DNA of 64,000 nucleotides from an uncultured Gammaproteobacteria bacterium (GTDB lineage Bacteria; Patescibacteriota; Microgenomatia; Daviesbacterales; UBA10151). Positions within the stretch are counted from its first letter, which is position 1. Each line of letters begins with the position of its first letter. Shown here in pieces: positions 46,876 to 55,960 of this stretch. The position numbers were made by a program, and so were the translations under genes. The DNA lies in assembly GCA_964392925.1 (NCBI GenBank), contig CAYMRP010000004.1, positions 7,184-71,183 on the forward strand, in the 5' to 3' direction. The notes beneath the pieces were generated by a model. That model did no database searches, was not told the DNA's origin, and saw only the letters and a list, made by a program, of their open reading frames with translations.

Positions 46876-48066
46876 CTATATTTTAGTTGGGTTTATCCGG
46901 ATAATCCGGTCATCCGAAGCCCCAGCCACACCTCGGCCATCCCTGTTGCTGGTTGTTATGTAAAGCATCCCGTCAGGTCCTTGAATCACTTCTCGAATTC
47001 GTCCATATCTGCCTTTTAATAATTCCTCAACAGTTCTTATTCTCCCATTCTCAATTTTTGATCTATATAAAGCTTGGGCTCGAAGTCCGCTAAAATATAA
47101 GTTCTCCCCAACAACTGCAGTTCCACCAGGAGCCCAGGCAACCGAAGGCGTTGAATTCTTAATCGGAGTTACCATACCGTCTCTGGTCTGTTCTCCCTGA
47201 ATTTCCGGCCATCCATAATTCTTTCCTGCTTCGATAAAATTAACTTCGTCATTCCCAGTCCCTAAGCTTCCGCCAGAAGGTCCGTGCTCTGTTTCCCATA
47301 AATTGCCATTACTATCCCAATCAATTCCCTGCGGATTTCTATGCCCAAAAGAATAAACCTGACTGTTGTTCAAATTCCCCGGAACTCCCTCACCAGTTTC
47401 TGGATTAACTCTTAAAATCTTTCCAGCATCTGACATCGTGTCCTGCGCCAGAGATGGTTCTTGCGCATCTCCGGTAGTTATATATAAGTAGTTATCCGGA
47501 CCAAACTTAATTCTTCCGCCATTATGATTTGATGCTCCGGGTATTCTATCTAAAAGAATTTTTTCCTCCGCTAATTTACCATCTGTATATTTCATACTGA
47601 CAACTCTATTTTGGGTATTATCTCCCTCAGCAGCATATGTGTAATAAAGATAAACTAAATTGTTCTCTGAAAACTTCGGATGCAAAGCCAGTCCGAGTAA
47701 CCCTCCCTCACCAATTTCTTTAACCGTTGAAATAGTTGCCACTGGTGCTTCCTGAAGTGTGCCATTCTTTTGAACTAATCTCACAGTCCCTTTTCTTTCA
47801 GTTACCAACATATCTCCAGAAGGCAAAAACGCAATCGCCCAAGGTGTATCAAGCCCTTCTACAATAATCGTTTCTGCCAGAATATTCGCACTAGTTTGCG
47901 CACTCGGACTTCCGGAGTTTGGATCATCAGGACTATTTATTAAATCGCTTAACTTCGGTGTGTCAGTATTATCCGGCTTTAATCCGTAAAGAGTAGGGTA
48001 GAGATAATATAGTGCTCCCGCCCCGGCTATTAAAACTACCAGAATAACCGCAGTCAAAATTTTCAT
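46876..48066 (-). CDS. PQQ-dependent sugar dehydrogenase (soluble glucose/sorbosone dehydrogenase family)
   Basis: Signal anchor. LGLALHPKF...LYLYYT and NHNGGRIKFGPDNYLYITTGD beta-propeller signatures. Confidence 0.8.
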   Translation of the reverse strand: MKILTAVILVVLIAGAGALYYLYPTLYGLKPDNTDTPKLSDLINSPDDPNSGSPSAQTSANILAETIIVEGLDTPWAIAFLPSGDMLVTERKGTVRLVQKNGTLQEAPVATISTVKEIGEGGLLGLALHPKFSENNLVYLYYTYAAEGDNTQNRVVSMKYTDGKLAEEKILLDRIPGASNHNGGRIKFGPDNYLYITTGDAQEPSLAQDTMSDAGKILRVNPETGEGVPGNLNNSQVYSFGHRNPQGIDWDSNGNLWETEHGPSGGSLGTGNDEVNFIEAGKNYGWPEIQGEQTRDGMVTPIKNSTPSVAWAPGGTAVVGENLYFSGLRAQALYRSKIENGRIRTVEELLKGRYGRIREVIQGPDGMLYITTSNRDGRGVAGASDDRIIRINPTKI

Positions 48067-48128
48067 ATATATTAAATGCTAACACGTTATTGTAAGAGAA
48101 ATATCAGCAAACTGCTCAGTATCTGTAA

Positions 48129-48590
48129 TTAACGATTAGAAGCACTAGGCGAAGACTGATTCATTCTATTTTGCTGGGGATTTATCTGAATATTTTGTGC
48201 AGTTACAGTCCCGTTATTATCTGCTCCAAAAACCCCAACGCGCGTGCCAACAGTCAAATCGGTTTTAGAACCTGCATCAGATTTATTTATAGAAGTCGAA
48301 TCAGAAACCAAAACAATCTTCGAGCTGCCGTCCTCCATTTTTACAGTTATAGAATTTTCATCTGCTGCAATAATCTCTCCGGTAACCGGCCTCATTCCCT
48401 GATTCATCATTCTTGTTCCCTGACCATTACCTCCACCTCTTTGTCCGCCAGTCATCATAAAATTCCCCTGACGGTCCCCGCCAAAAGCCGCCGTCCGCTG
48501 CGACTTTTGAAACTGCATCCCGCCAAAAAACCCCAGCCCTGCAAAAACTAGGGAAGCAATAACAACAGGAACAACAATTTCTTTTTTCAT
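48129..48590 (-). CDS. Hypothetical secreted Gly/Asn/Gln-rich protein (start taken at internal Met; the ORF extends to 48623)
   Basis: MKKEIVVPVVIASLVFAGLGFFGG signal anchor, then low-complexity and beta-rich region. No motifs recognised. Confidence 0.45.
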   Translation of the reverse strand: MKKEIVVPVVIASLVFAGLGFFGGMQFQKSQRTAAFGGDRQGNFMMTGGQRGGGNGQGTRMMNQGMRPVTGEIIAADENSITVKMEDGSSKIVLVSDSTSINKSDAGSKTDLTVGTRVGVFGADNNGTVTAQNIQINPQQNRMNQSSPSASNR

Positions 48591-48637
48591 ACGTACTTTA
48601 TTGATGAGATTATAACAATACAAACCTGAAAGAATGC

Positions 48638-49570
48638 TTAAGAAGCTGCGGGCGCATCTATTGACTGCTGCGCTAAAACAACATCTGTAATAACTATCTC
48701 CGGTTTTCTGTAAAGCGATTTCCGTTTTATAACCCCGGTCATTAAAGCTTGTTGTTTGTAAAAAGGCATATAGTCTTCAGAATTTTTTCCAACTGCAGGA
48801 TATGCAACCAATAGGGAATATGTTTCAGGTAAATCAAATGCTTTGAATTTAAGGCTTTCGCCCTGTGTGCTTTGAAGCGCTTTGATCTCTCCTAGAAGGC
48901 TGACTTCAGTTCCCTCAGTTAGCTCTGGGAGAATCTCTTCTTCCTCTGCAAGATAATCCTCAAAATTACTCTCATTAATTAAAACTCCGTTTTCATAAGA
49001 AGACTCCTCACTTACTAAAATAGATTCTGTCTGATTTTCTATTACAGGTAAAAGAACTTTTTTATATCCACCTTGATTTATAGTCCGATGTAAATTGCGA
49101 GCATACTTTGGCGGAATGTCTCCTTCGCTTGGGTCTCTGACAACGGGATGGTTTTTCATCAAAGGTGAAATCCGAAGCATCTTTATAAAATAATGTCTTA
49201 TAAACTCATAACTCACCATCAAAAGCATGGGGTGGGCAGCCATAAACTGCTCAACATTTGTATAACCGTCACTAGCTAAATTGAGTATGTTTTGGACATC
49301 TTTAGGGGCCTCACTTTTTACGAACTGTAGAAAAGTAATAAAATCTTGAATATTTTGGAACGGAAGATTTGATAGCAATTCCAGCGTGAGCTCTACGTCT
49401 ATAGAGCCTTCCGATATTTTTGTTGTCATAACTGAAAGCTCTCCTTCAATTTCTGCTATCCCAACGAAAGTTTTTAGGAGTTTTTGAAAACCAATGAACG
49501 ACTCCCCAAGAAGTTCAAGATTTAGGCCTTGAGAGCTGGAGTTGTATTTAATATAAAGTTTTGTTTTCAT
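48638..49570 (-). CDS. Hypothetical cytoplasmic protein (310 aa), no recognisable domain
   Basis: Long clean ORF with no signal peptide and no nucleotide-binding or catalytic motifs. Immediately follows the ABC exporter operon after a short hairpin. Confidence 0.5.
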   Translation of the reverse strand: MKTKLYIKYNSSSQGLNLELLGESFIGFQKLLKTFVGIAEIEGELSVMTTKISEGSIDVELTLELLSNLPFQNIQDFITFLQFVKSEAPKDVQNILNLASDGYTNVEQFMAAHPMLLMVSYEFIRHYFIKMLRISPLMKNHPVVRDPSEGDIPPKYARNLHRTINQGGYKKVLLPVIENQTESILVSEESSYENGVLINESNFEDYLAEEEEILPELTEGTEVSLLGEIKALQSTQGESLKFKAFDLPETYSLLVAYPAVGKNSEDYMPFYKQQALMTGVIKRKSLYRKPEIVITDVVLAQQSIDAPAAS

Positions 49571-49636
49571 AAAAAAACCACCTCATGGGTGGATAATGTA
49601 AACTAGCATAATTGGATTTATATATCAATCTATTCT

Positions 49637-50857
49637 CTATTCATACCTTAACGCTTCAATCGGTTGCAAATTCGCCGCTCTCCTCGCCGGATACCATCCA
49701 AACAAAATCCCAATCCCCGCCGAAACCACAAACGCCAGTCCTATCGCTTGCGCCGAAACCACAAATGCCGATCCGGTAAAATATGAAATTAAATAAGAGG
49801 CGAGTACCCCGACACCAATTCCAATAACCCCTCCGACGAAAGTCAAAATAATTGATTCAACTAAAAACTGCGTTACTATCGTATTTTTCTTTGCACCGAG
49901 TGCTTTTCTCAAACCAATTTCTCTGGTTCTTTCTGTAACCGTCACCAGCATAATATTCATAATCCCAATCCCTCCAACGAGTAATGAAATCGCTGCAACT
50001 CCAGCAAGCAGTGTCGTAAAAGTTCCGGTCGTTGCTGAAACTGTATTTAATAAATCCTGCTGATTAAAAATCGAAAAATCTTTATTTGCCGGATCTGAAA
50101 TTTTATGACGGGCAAGTAATAAATAACCAACTTGATTTTGAGCTTCAACCATCACATCCGCCGACTTTGCTTCAACAGCAATAGAGGATAAATTATCAAC
50201 TCCAAACAATTGTTTTTGGGCTGTAGATAAAGGCACCCAAATTATATCGTCCTGATTTTGAAATCCGGTTCCACCTTTTGAAGTTGTTACTCCAATCACC
50301 GTTAAATTCTGGCCATTAATTCTAATAGTTTGTCCAACCGGATTTGCACCTTCCCCAAACAAATTAGAAACTACAGTTGGTCCAAGAACTGCAACTTTGG
50401 AAATTGAATCAACCTGGTTTTGAGTTATAAAATTTCCCTGCGCCATGGTAGTTTTTCTAATTTCTGCATAAGAGGGTGTCACCCCAACAATAGAAGTATT
50501 AGTATTTGCATTCCCGGTCGTAACCTGACTTCGACCTTGGTATTCTGGAGAAACATTCGCCACAGTTGTAATTTGCGCAGAATTTTTAATTGCCTCTGCA
50601 TCCCCTGAAGTTAAAGTTGTTCCTCCGCCAGCCGCTCCCTGAATTCCTCCCGAGCGTTGACCCGATGGTTGAACAGTTAACAAATTTGATCCAAGCGATT
50701 GAATTTGTGATTGAATAGATTGAGATGTTGCCTGTCCAAGTGAAATCAGGGCAATAACCGACCCAATACCAATCACAATTCCCAAAGTCGCAAGACCTGT
50801 CCGCAGCTTATTAACTGCCAAAGTCCCAAATGCATCTGTAATTATTTCGATATCCAT
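49637..50857 (-). CDS. ABC transporter permease, FtsX/MacB family
   Basis: N-terminal TM, large periplasmic domain, C-terminal FtsX-like four-TM bundle (GIMNIMLVTVTERTREIGLRKALGA). Confidence 0.85.
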   Translation of the reverse strand: MDIEIITDAFGTLAVNKLRTGLATLGIVIGIGSVIALISLGQATSQSIQSQIQSLGSNLLTVQPSGQRSGGIQGAAGGGTTLTSGDAEAIKNSAQITTVANVSPEYQGRSQVTTGNANTNTSIVGVTPSYAEIRKTTMAQGNFITQNQVDSISKVAVLGPTVVSNLFGEGANPVGQTIRINGQNLTVIGVTTSKGGTGFQNQDDIIWVPLSTAQKQLFGVDNLSSIAVEAKSADVMVEAQNQVGYLLLARHKISDPANKDFSIFNQQDLLNTVSATTGTFTTLLAGVAAISLLVGGIGIMNIMLVTVTERTREIGLRKALGAKKNTIVTQFLVESIILTFVGGVIGIGVGVLASYLISYFTGSAFVVSAQAIGLAFVVSAGIGILFGWYPARRAANLQPIEALRYE

Positions 50858-50916
50858 AAAAAAATTAAATTGTTAAATGTCTAAACTGTTAATTGTTTTC
50901 CAGCAATTTAACAATT

Positions 50917-51615
50917 CTAAACCTTTACCTTTCTCCGTTGATGTTTTTCAGAATCATCCACGATCCGTCCGTCACGGACGTGAATGATCCTTTTAGCGTG
51001 TTCCGCAATGTCAGGTTCATGAGTAATCATGACGATGGTGTGCCCTTCGTCATTTAATTTTTGGAAAATCTCCATAACTTCTTCAGCTTGTGCTGAAGCA
51101 ATATTTCCGGTCGGTTCATCAGCGAGTAATATTGCTGGATTCATTGCTAGTCCGCGGGCAATTGCCACTCTTTGCTGCTGACCTCCGGATAATTGATTAG
51201 ATCCGTGATTCATTCTTTCTCCCAGTCCCACCATTTTTAAATATTTCTCAGCTCTCTTTTGGCGTTCTTCTTTAGGTACTCCAGCATATCTCATCGGCAG
51301 CATCACATTTTTTAAGGCTGAAGTCCGGGGCAGTAAATTAAAAGCTTGAAAAATAAATCCGATTTTTTTATTTCTAATGACTGCCAATTCGTCATCTTTT
51401 AATACAGAAACATTCTCACCATCTAAAATATATTCACCTGAAGTAGGGGAGTCGAGAGCGCCTAAGATATGCATCAGTGTTGATTTACCAGATCCTGATG
51501 GACCCATGATTGCCACAAACTCGCCTTTTTTTATTTCAAAAGAAACATCATTCAAAGCAATAGTTTCCAGATCCCCTAATTTATAAATTTTAGAAACATG
51601 TTTAACATTAATCAT
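50917..51615 (-). CDS. ABC transporter ATP-binding protein (MacB/LolD-like)
   Basis: Walker A GPSGSGKST, signature LSGGQQQRVAIARGL, Walker B LLADEPTGN. Confidence 0.9.
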   Translation of the reverse strand: MINVKHVSKIYKLGDLETIALNDVSFEIKKGEFVAIMGPSGSGKSTLMHILGALDSPTSGEYILDGENVSVLKDDELAVIRNKKIGFIFQAFNLLPRTSALKNVMLPMRYAGVPKEERQKRAEKYLKMVGLGERMNHGSNQLSGGQQQRVAIARGLAMNPAILLADEPTGNIASAQAEEVMEIFQKLNDEGHTIVMITHEPDIAEHAKRIIHVRDGRIVDDSEKHQRRKVKV

Positions 51616-51706
51616 AAAATTGCTAAATGGTTGAGCTGTTAAATTGCTAAAAAAACATTTAACAATGCAACAATTTAATAGTGCAGCAATTTAGCAGTTT
51701 AACAAT

Positions 51707-52978
51707 TTATCTATTTATCCTAACCGTTCCGCCGCCTCCCCCAATTCCTCCTCCGAATGGGGAAGTAGTTGTCGTAGTTGAAGTTCCCGTAGTTCCGCCG
51801 CTGGTCCCGGTAACTACTAAATAACCCTCGTTAATTCCAGAAATTATTTCCGTCTGAGTATCGTTAGATTCTCCAACTTCTACTGTCACAAACTCAGGAT
51901 TTCCATTTCGCATTATCCGAACTGTAGATGCACCGTCCGCTGTAGTTACTGCTGAGCTAGGAACTAATACGACGTTGTCTTTAACCGAAGTTATAATTGT
52001 GGCGCTGACTGCCATGTTTGGATAAGCCCCATCAATAATCGTGTCAAATTCAATAACTGTCGGATATGTTGTAACTCCAGATGAAACAGAACCATTGGTA
52101 TTAATACTTAAAACTTTTCCGGTAAAAGTTTTGTCTCGGAACGCATCCATTGTTAGAGTTACCTTTTGTCCTGCTTTTACTTTTGTCACATCAATCTCCG
52201 TTAAATTAACCGTCGCTTGAAGCTTTCCATTAGGTAAAACTACAGTGCCCAAAGTTTGAGACGATGCCCCATTTTCTGAGTTTGCTGTTGAAGATCCCGA
52301 TATTGCAGACCCCACAGAAATTGTCATCCCGCTAACAGTTCCGGAAAGGGGAGCAGTAATAGTAGTAGAAGTTTGCTGATATGATAACCAAGCTGAATTA
52401 ATTTGGGATTGAGAAGTAGCTAAATTATTTTGGGCATTATTCAGAGCCACTTCCTTTGCAGTCCGCGCCTCTCTTTGCTCCATCGTTTCATTCGCGGACC
52501 CCACATTATCAAACCCGCCATTTCCATATTGAAACAAATGAATATCATCCAAAGTTTTATCAAGAGAGGCTTGAGAATTTCTAACATTATTCTCAGCATT
52601 CTTTAGATTATTTGAGGCGCTAACATAAGAAGCCCAAGCTGCCGCCTGATTTTGCTGCGAATTTAGATCCGGAGTAATTTCAGCAATTTTCTGCCCTGCT
52701 GTTACTTGATCTCCATTACTAACATACACTTGACTGACGACTCCAGTGGCTTGTGAGGTAATACTTAAGCTGCTTCCTTGGGTAATAGTTCCGGAAGATG
52801 AAATAGAAGAAATTAAAGTCCCCTTTTCTGCAGTAGATGTTTGATAACTTACTTCAGAACTGGCAACAAAATAATTTTGATAAACATAATATCCGCCACC
52901 TATTAATATAAGTAGTAATATTCCTAAAACTAATTTTTTCTTTAAAGAACTTTTAATGAACTGCCAAACTTTTAACAT
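51707..52978 (-). CDS. HlyD-family periplasmic adaptor (MacA-like), with Gly/Thr-rich C-terminal tail
   Basis: Signal anchor, biotinyl/lipoyl-like VSNGDQVTAGQKIAEI, coiled-coil region, beta-barrel LSGTV, Gly-rich tail. Confidence 0.8.
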   Translation of the reverse strand: MLKVWQFIKSSLKKKLVLGILLLILIGGGYYVYQNYFVASSEVSYQTSTAEKGTLISSISSSGTITQGSSLSITSQATGVVSQVYVSNGDQVTAGQKIAEITPDLNSQQNQAAAWASYVSASNNLKNAENNVRNSQASLDKTLDDIHLFQYGNGGFDNVGSANETMEQREARTAKEVALNNAQNNLATSQSQINSAWLSYQQTSTTITAPLSGTVSGMTISVGSAISGSSTANSENGASSQTLGTVVLPNGKLQATVNLTEIDVTKVKAGQKVTLTMDAFRDKTFTGKVLSINTNGSVSSGVTTYPTVIEFDTIIDGAYPNMAVSATIITSVKDNVVLVPSSAVTTADGASTVRIMRNGNPEFVTVEVGESNDTQTEIISGINEGYLVVTGTSGGTTGTSTTTTTSPFGGGIGGGGGTVRINR

Positions 52979-53119
52979 ATTTGTTTTGTATTATTAAGCA
53001 GTTTTATTGGTATAAAATACCAGCAAACTGCGATCCAATATTGAGCAGTTTATAGGATAAATCTGAGAGAAAGCTGAGATTAACGTAAGCAGTGTTGGCA
53101 GCAGCAAAATGCATTCTAC

Positions 53120-53152
53120 ACAAAAACAGCCCCCGGTGCACCAGGAGCTGTT
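53120..53152 (-). terminator. Rho-independent terminator after the Spy-like gene (minus strand)
   Basis: Minus-strand AACAGCTCCTGGTGCACCGGGGGCTGTTTTTG: stem with internal GGTGCACC palindrome, followed by a U-run. Confidence 0.6.
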
Positions 53153-53175
53153 GTAAAAAGAAGTTAGGGATTGCT

Positions 53176-53652
53176 TTAATGCCTCATCATCATTTTTCCT
53201 CCCATACCTCGATGACCCATTACTTCCTGAAGTTTTTCTTGAGTCAGTCCATTTTGAGAAAGCCATGCGTCCATTTCCGCTCGTCTTTCATCCATCTTGG
53301 CTTTTCTTTGCTCCTCAGTTAAGTTTTGAAATTCGCCCCGATTTGGGCGGCTGTCTTTCATTGCATCATGATGAGTTAGAATTGCCTGCTTTTGCGCCTC
53401 AGTTATCTTGCCGTCTGCAACAGCCTGAGTCAATTTGCTTTCCATCTGAGATTTCATTTCTGCTTGATGTTTGCTTCTTTGCTCGTCAAAAACAGTTTGT
53501 ACATCAGATTGATTTAAGTTAAATTTTTGAGCAATTGCTGCAACCATTGAGTTCGCCCCAGTCGTGTCCTGTGCTGAAACTAAATTTGTACTCATAAGTC
53601 CGGCAGCGATTATCGCCAAAGCCAAAACTGGAAAAAATACTTTTCTTTTCAT
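53176..53652 (-). CDS. Periplasmic LTXXQ-motif protein (Spy/CpxP family chaperone-like)
   Basis: Signal peptide and repeated LTxxQ motifs (LTEEQRKAK, LTQEKLQEV); helical, Lys/Gln/Glu-rich; ends with a Met/Gly-rich tail (GMGGKMMMRH). Confidence 0.65.
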   Translation of the reverse strand: MKRKVFFPVLALAIIAAGLMSTNLVSAQDTTGANSMVAAIAQKFNLNQSDVQTVFDEQRSKHQAEMKSQMESKLTQAVADGKITEAQKQAILTHHDAMKDSRPNRGEFQNLTEEQRKAKMDERRAEMDAWLSQNGLTQEKLQEVMGHRGMGGKMMMRH

Positions 53653-53780
53653 AATTAATTCACCTCCTTTCGTACGTCATTCCTGCGCAGACAGGAATCA
53701 AGTTTTTTATTAGATTCCCTCATTCGCGAGGATGACAATATATACTCTACTGAAGGATCCTGAAAGAAGGCTTAAGAAAA

Positions 53781-54827
53781 TTAGTGTTTTATAGGAAGTT
53801 TAATTGTAAAAACAGTTCCAGATCCGGAAATACTTTTTACGCTAATAGATCCTTTATGTTTAGTAACGATCTCTTTAGCAATCGACAATCCCAATCCAAA
53901 TCCATCAGCATCTTGCTTGGTTCTCGCTTGGTCTGCCCGGTAGAAACGATCAAACAAAAATGGCAAATCATTCTTATCTATTCCAATACCCTGATCTTTA
54001 ACTTGAATCAATACATTTCCTCCAGATTTTTTTGCCTCAAAATTAATTTTTTTATTCTCATCTGAATACTTAATAGCGTTATCTAGAAGTATTACTAACA
54101 ACTCAGTTATGCTTTGCTTATCAGCTTGGATACTAATATCCTCAACCTCTTTTTCGATAGTTATACTTTTCTTTTTAGCCAGTTTCTCAACTTTTCTCAA
54201 AGCTTCATTTGCAATTTTTACAATTTGAACTGTCTCAAATTTAACACTATTAGGTTTATGAGTTTGTGCAAGCTTTATTAAATTATCTGATAAATATTGT
54301 AAATTATTAACTTCCTCTAAATTACTTTCCAGCAATTTTCTTGATTCCGCCAAAGTAAGTTTTTTATCACGCAGGTTAACTTCTATCTCACTCCTTAAAG
54401 AGGTAAGGGGAGTTCGCAGTTCATGAGATGCATCTGTAATAAACCGATTTTGCTCATCAACCATATTTTTAATTGGTTTAAGAGTCAGCCCGGCTAGTAG
54501 ATATCCAGCAATTCCTGATAGCCCCAAAATTCCCAGATTAATTAATATAAGTACAAAAAGAATTCTATACTTTGCTTCTTCCAGGACTTCAGAACTAGGT
54601 GCGGTAATTAAAACTCCTGGCTGGTTCGGTTCGTTTAGTTGAATAATAAATCTTTTGTTCGGAGAATAAGCGCCTTGCTGTCTCATTTTCTCCATCCGAA
54701 TTGCCCGGTTAATTTCTGAAGTTGAAAATTGGTAAATTACAAAACTGAAAGATAAACTGACCAGCATAATGATCAGTAAATACCAAAGTGTTAATTTTAA
54801 TCGCGCTTTGTTAAACAATCGGAGCAA
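53781..54827 (-). CDS. Sensor histidine kinase (HAMP-HisKA-HATPase)
   Basis: Two TM helices. H-box SHELRTPLTS, N-box LLDNAIKYS, G-boxes DQGIGI and GLGLSIAKEIV. Confidence 0.9.
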   Translation of the reverse strand: MLRLFNKARLKLTLWYLLIIMLVSLSFSFVIYQFSTSEINRAIRMEKMRQQGAYSPNKRFIIQLNEPNQPGVLITAPSSEVLEEAKYRILFVLILINLGILGLSGIAGYLLAGLTLKPIKNMVDEQNRFITDASHELRTPLTSLRSEIEVNLRDKKLTLAESRKLLESNLEEVNNLQYLSDNLIKLAQTHKPNSVKFETVQIVKIANEALRKVEKLAKKKSITIEKEVEDISIQADKQSITELLVILLDNAIKYSDENKKINFEAKKSGGNVLIQVKDQGIGIDKNDLPFLFDRFYRADQARTKQDADGFGLGLSIAKEIVTKHKGSISVKSISGSGTVFTIKLPIKH

Positions 54828-54919
54828 ACCTCCTTACTAAAAATAATGAAGTTTGCGAGATCGCTTGCTTCAAACCTTCCTGTGGAAGGTTTGTTGACAA
54901 GGGAGAAGTTACTAAATGA

Positions 54920-55591
54920 TTATTCATTGCTTATCTTGTATCCAAATCCTCTTACTGTTTGTAACAGTGGTTTTGAAAATCCTTTATCAATCTTATTCCT
55001 CAAGTATCCCACAAACACCTCCACTGTATTAGGTAAAACATCTGCATCATAATCCCAAACATGTTCAATAATTTGATCTTTTGAAACAACCTGATTCGCA
55101 TTCCTCATCAAATATTCTAAAAGCGAAAACTCCTTAGCAGATAATTTAATCTTTTTCTCACCACGTTTAACCTCATAAGTTAACGTGTTTAGGCTTAAGT
55201 CAGAAACAGAGTATATAGAGCCCGTAGAATTTTTAGGTCTTCTTCCGAGAGCTTTTACTCTTGCCAATAATTCCTCAAAAGCAAACGGCTTAGTCAAATA
55301 ATCATCAGCTCCTGAATTAAGTCCTTCAACTTTATCTGCAACCTGGCCTTTTGCAGTCAGCATTAATATTGGAGTATGTATATTTTCTTTTCTTAATTTT
55401 GCACAAATTTCTACTCCAGTCATTTCCGGCAGCATCACATCTAAAATCAAAAGATCATAATTCTCGCTTGATGCAAGATCGTATCCCTCATTTCCTGTAT
55501 ATGCTAAATCAACAGCAAAACTTTCCTGCTCCAATCCTTTTTTTATCGAGCCGGCAATTTTATGCTCATCTTCAACAACTAGAATCCTCAT
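54920..55591 (-). CDS. OmpR-family response regulator
   Basis: Receiver domain (MRILVVEDE...DLLILDVMLP) plus winged-helix C-domain (VRGFGYKI). Confidence 0.9.
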   Translation of the reverse strand: MRILVVEDEHKIAGSIKKGLEQESFAVDLAYTGNEGYDLASSENYDLLILDVMLPEMTGVEICAKLRKENIHTPILMLTAKGQVADKVEGLNSGADDYLTKPFAFEELLARVKALGRRPKNSTGSIYSVSDLSLNTLTYEVKRGEKKIKLSAKEFSLLEYLMRNANQVVSKDQIIEHVWDYDADVLPNTVEVFVGYLRNKIDKGFSKPLLQTVRGFGYKISNE

Positions 55592-55641
55592 AGTGCTAAA
55601 TTATACTCCGAATACTTAAAAACAGCTGAAGACTAAGGGTT

Positions 55642-55887
55642 TTAGGGCTTGCGGCGTTTTTGTCTTTCGACTCCAATAGGTGTGATGGGTCCTAACGAGC
55701 GTGATTTATTAACTTCCTTTACAATTTCATCAAATGCAGCTTGAGCCTCAGGTGACAACGGACCAAATATTCCTACTGCATCTAGGGCTTTTTGTAAATC
55801 TGAAGAAGCTCCTTCCATTTCTTCTCTTCGAGTTGTGAATCTTAATCTGTCAGTATCGAATTTAGCTTTTATATCAAAATCTCTCAT
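55642..55887 (-). CDS. Hypothetical small protein (81 aa)
   Basis: ORF between the response regulator and the CcdA gene. No motifs recognised. Confidence 0.35.
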   Translation of the reverse strand: MRDFDIKAKFDTDRLRFTTRREEMEGASSDLQKALDAVGIFGPLSPEAQAAFDEIVKEVNKSRSLGPITPIGVERQKRRKP

Positions 55888-55960
55888 ATATTTTAGAACT
55901 TTAACCAGCTGAAATTATACTATTTGATGAGGAGAAATTCAAATTATAGGCCTTAAAATA

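Noticed and set aside
53660-53700. Hairpin CATTCCTG-CGCAGA-CAGGAATC followed by a T-run on the plus strand
   Set aside because: The orientation gives a plus-strand terminator between two minus-strand genes. On the minus strand the U-run precedes the hairpin, so it is not a canonical terminator for this operon. It may be incidental or an intra-operon stabiliser.
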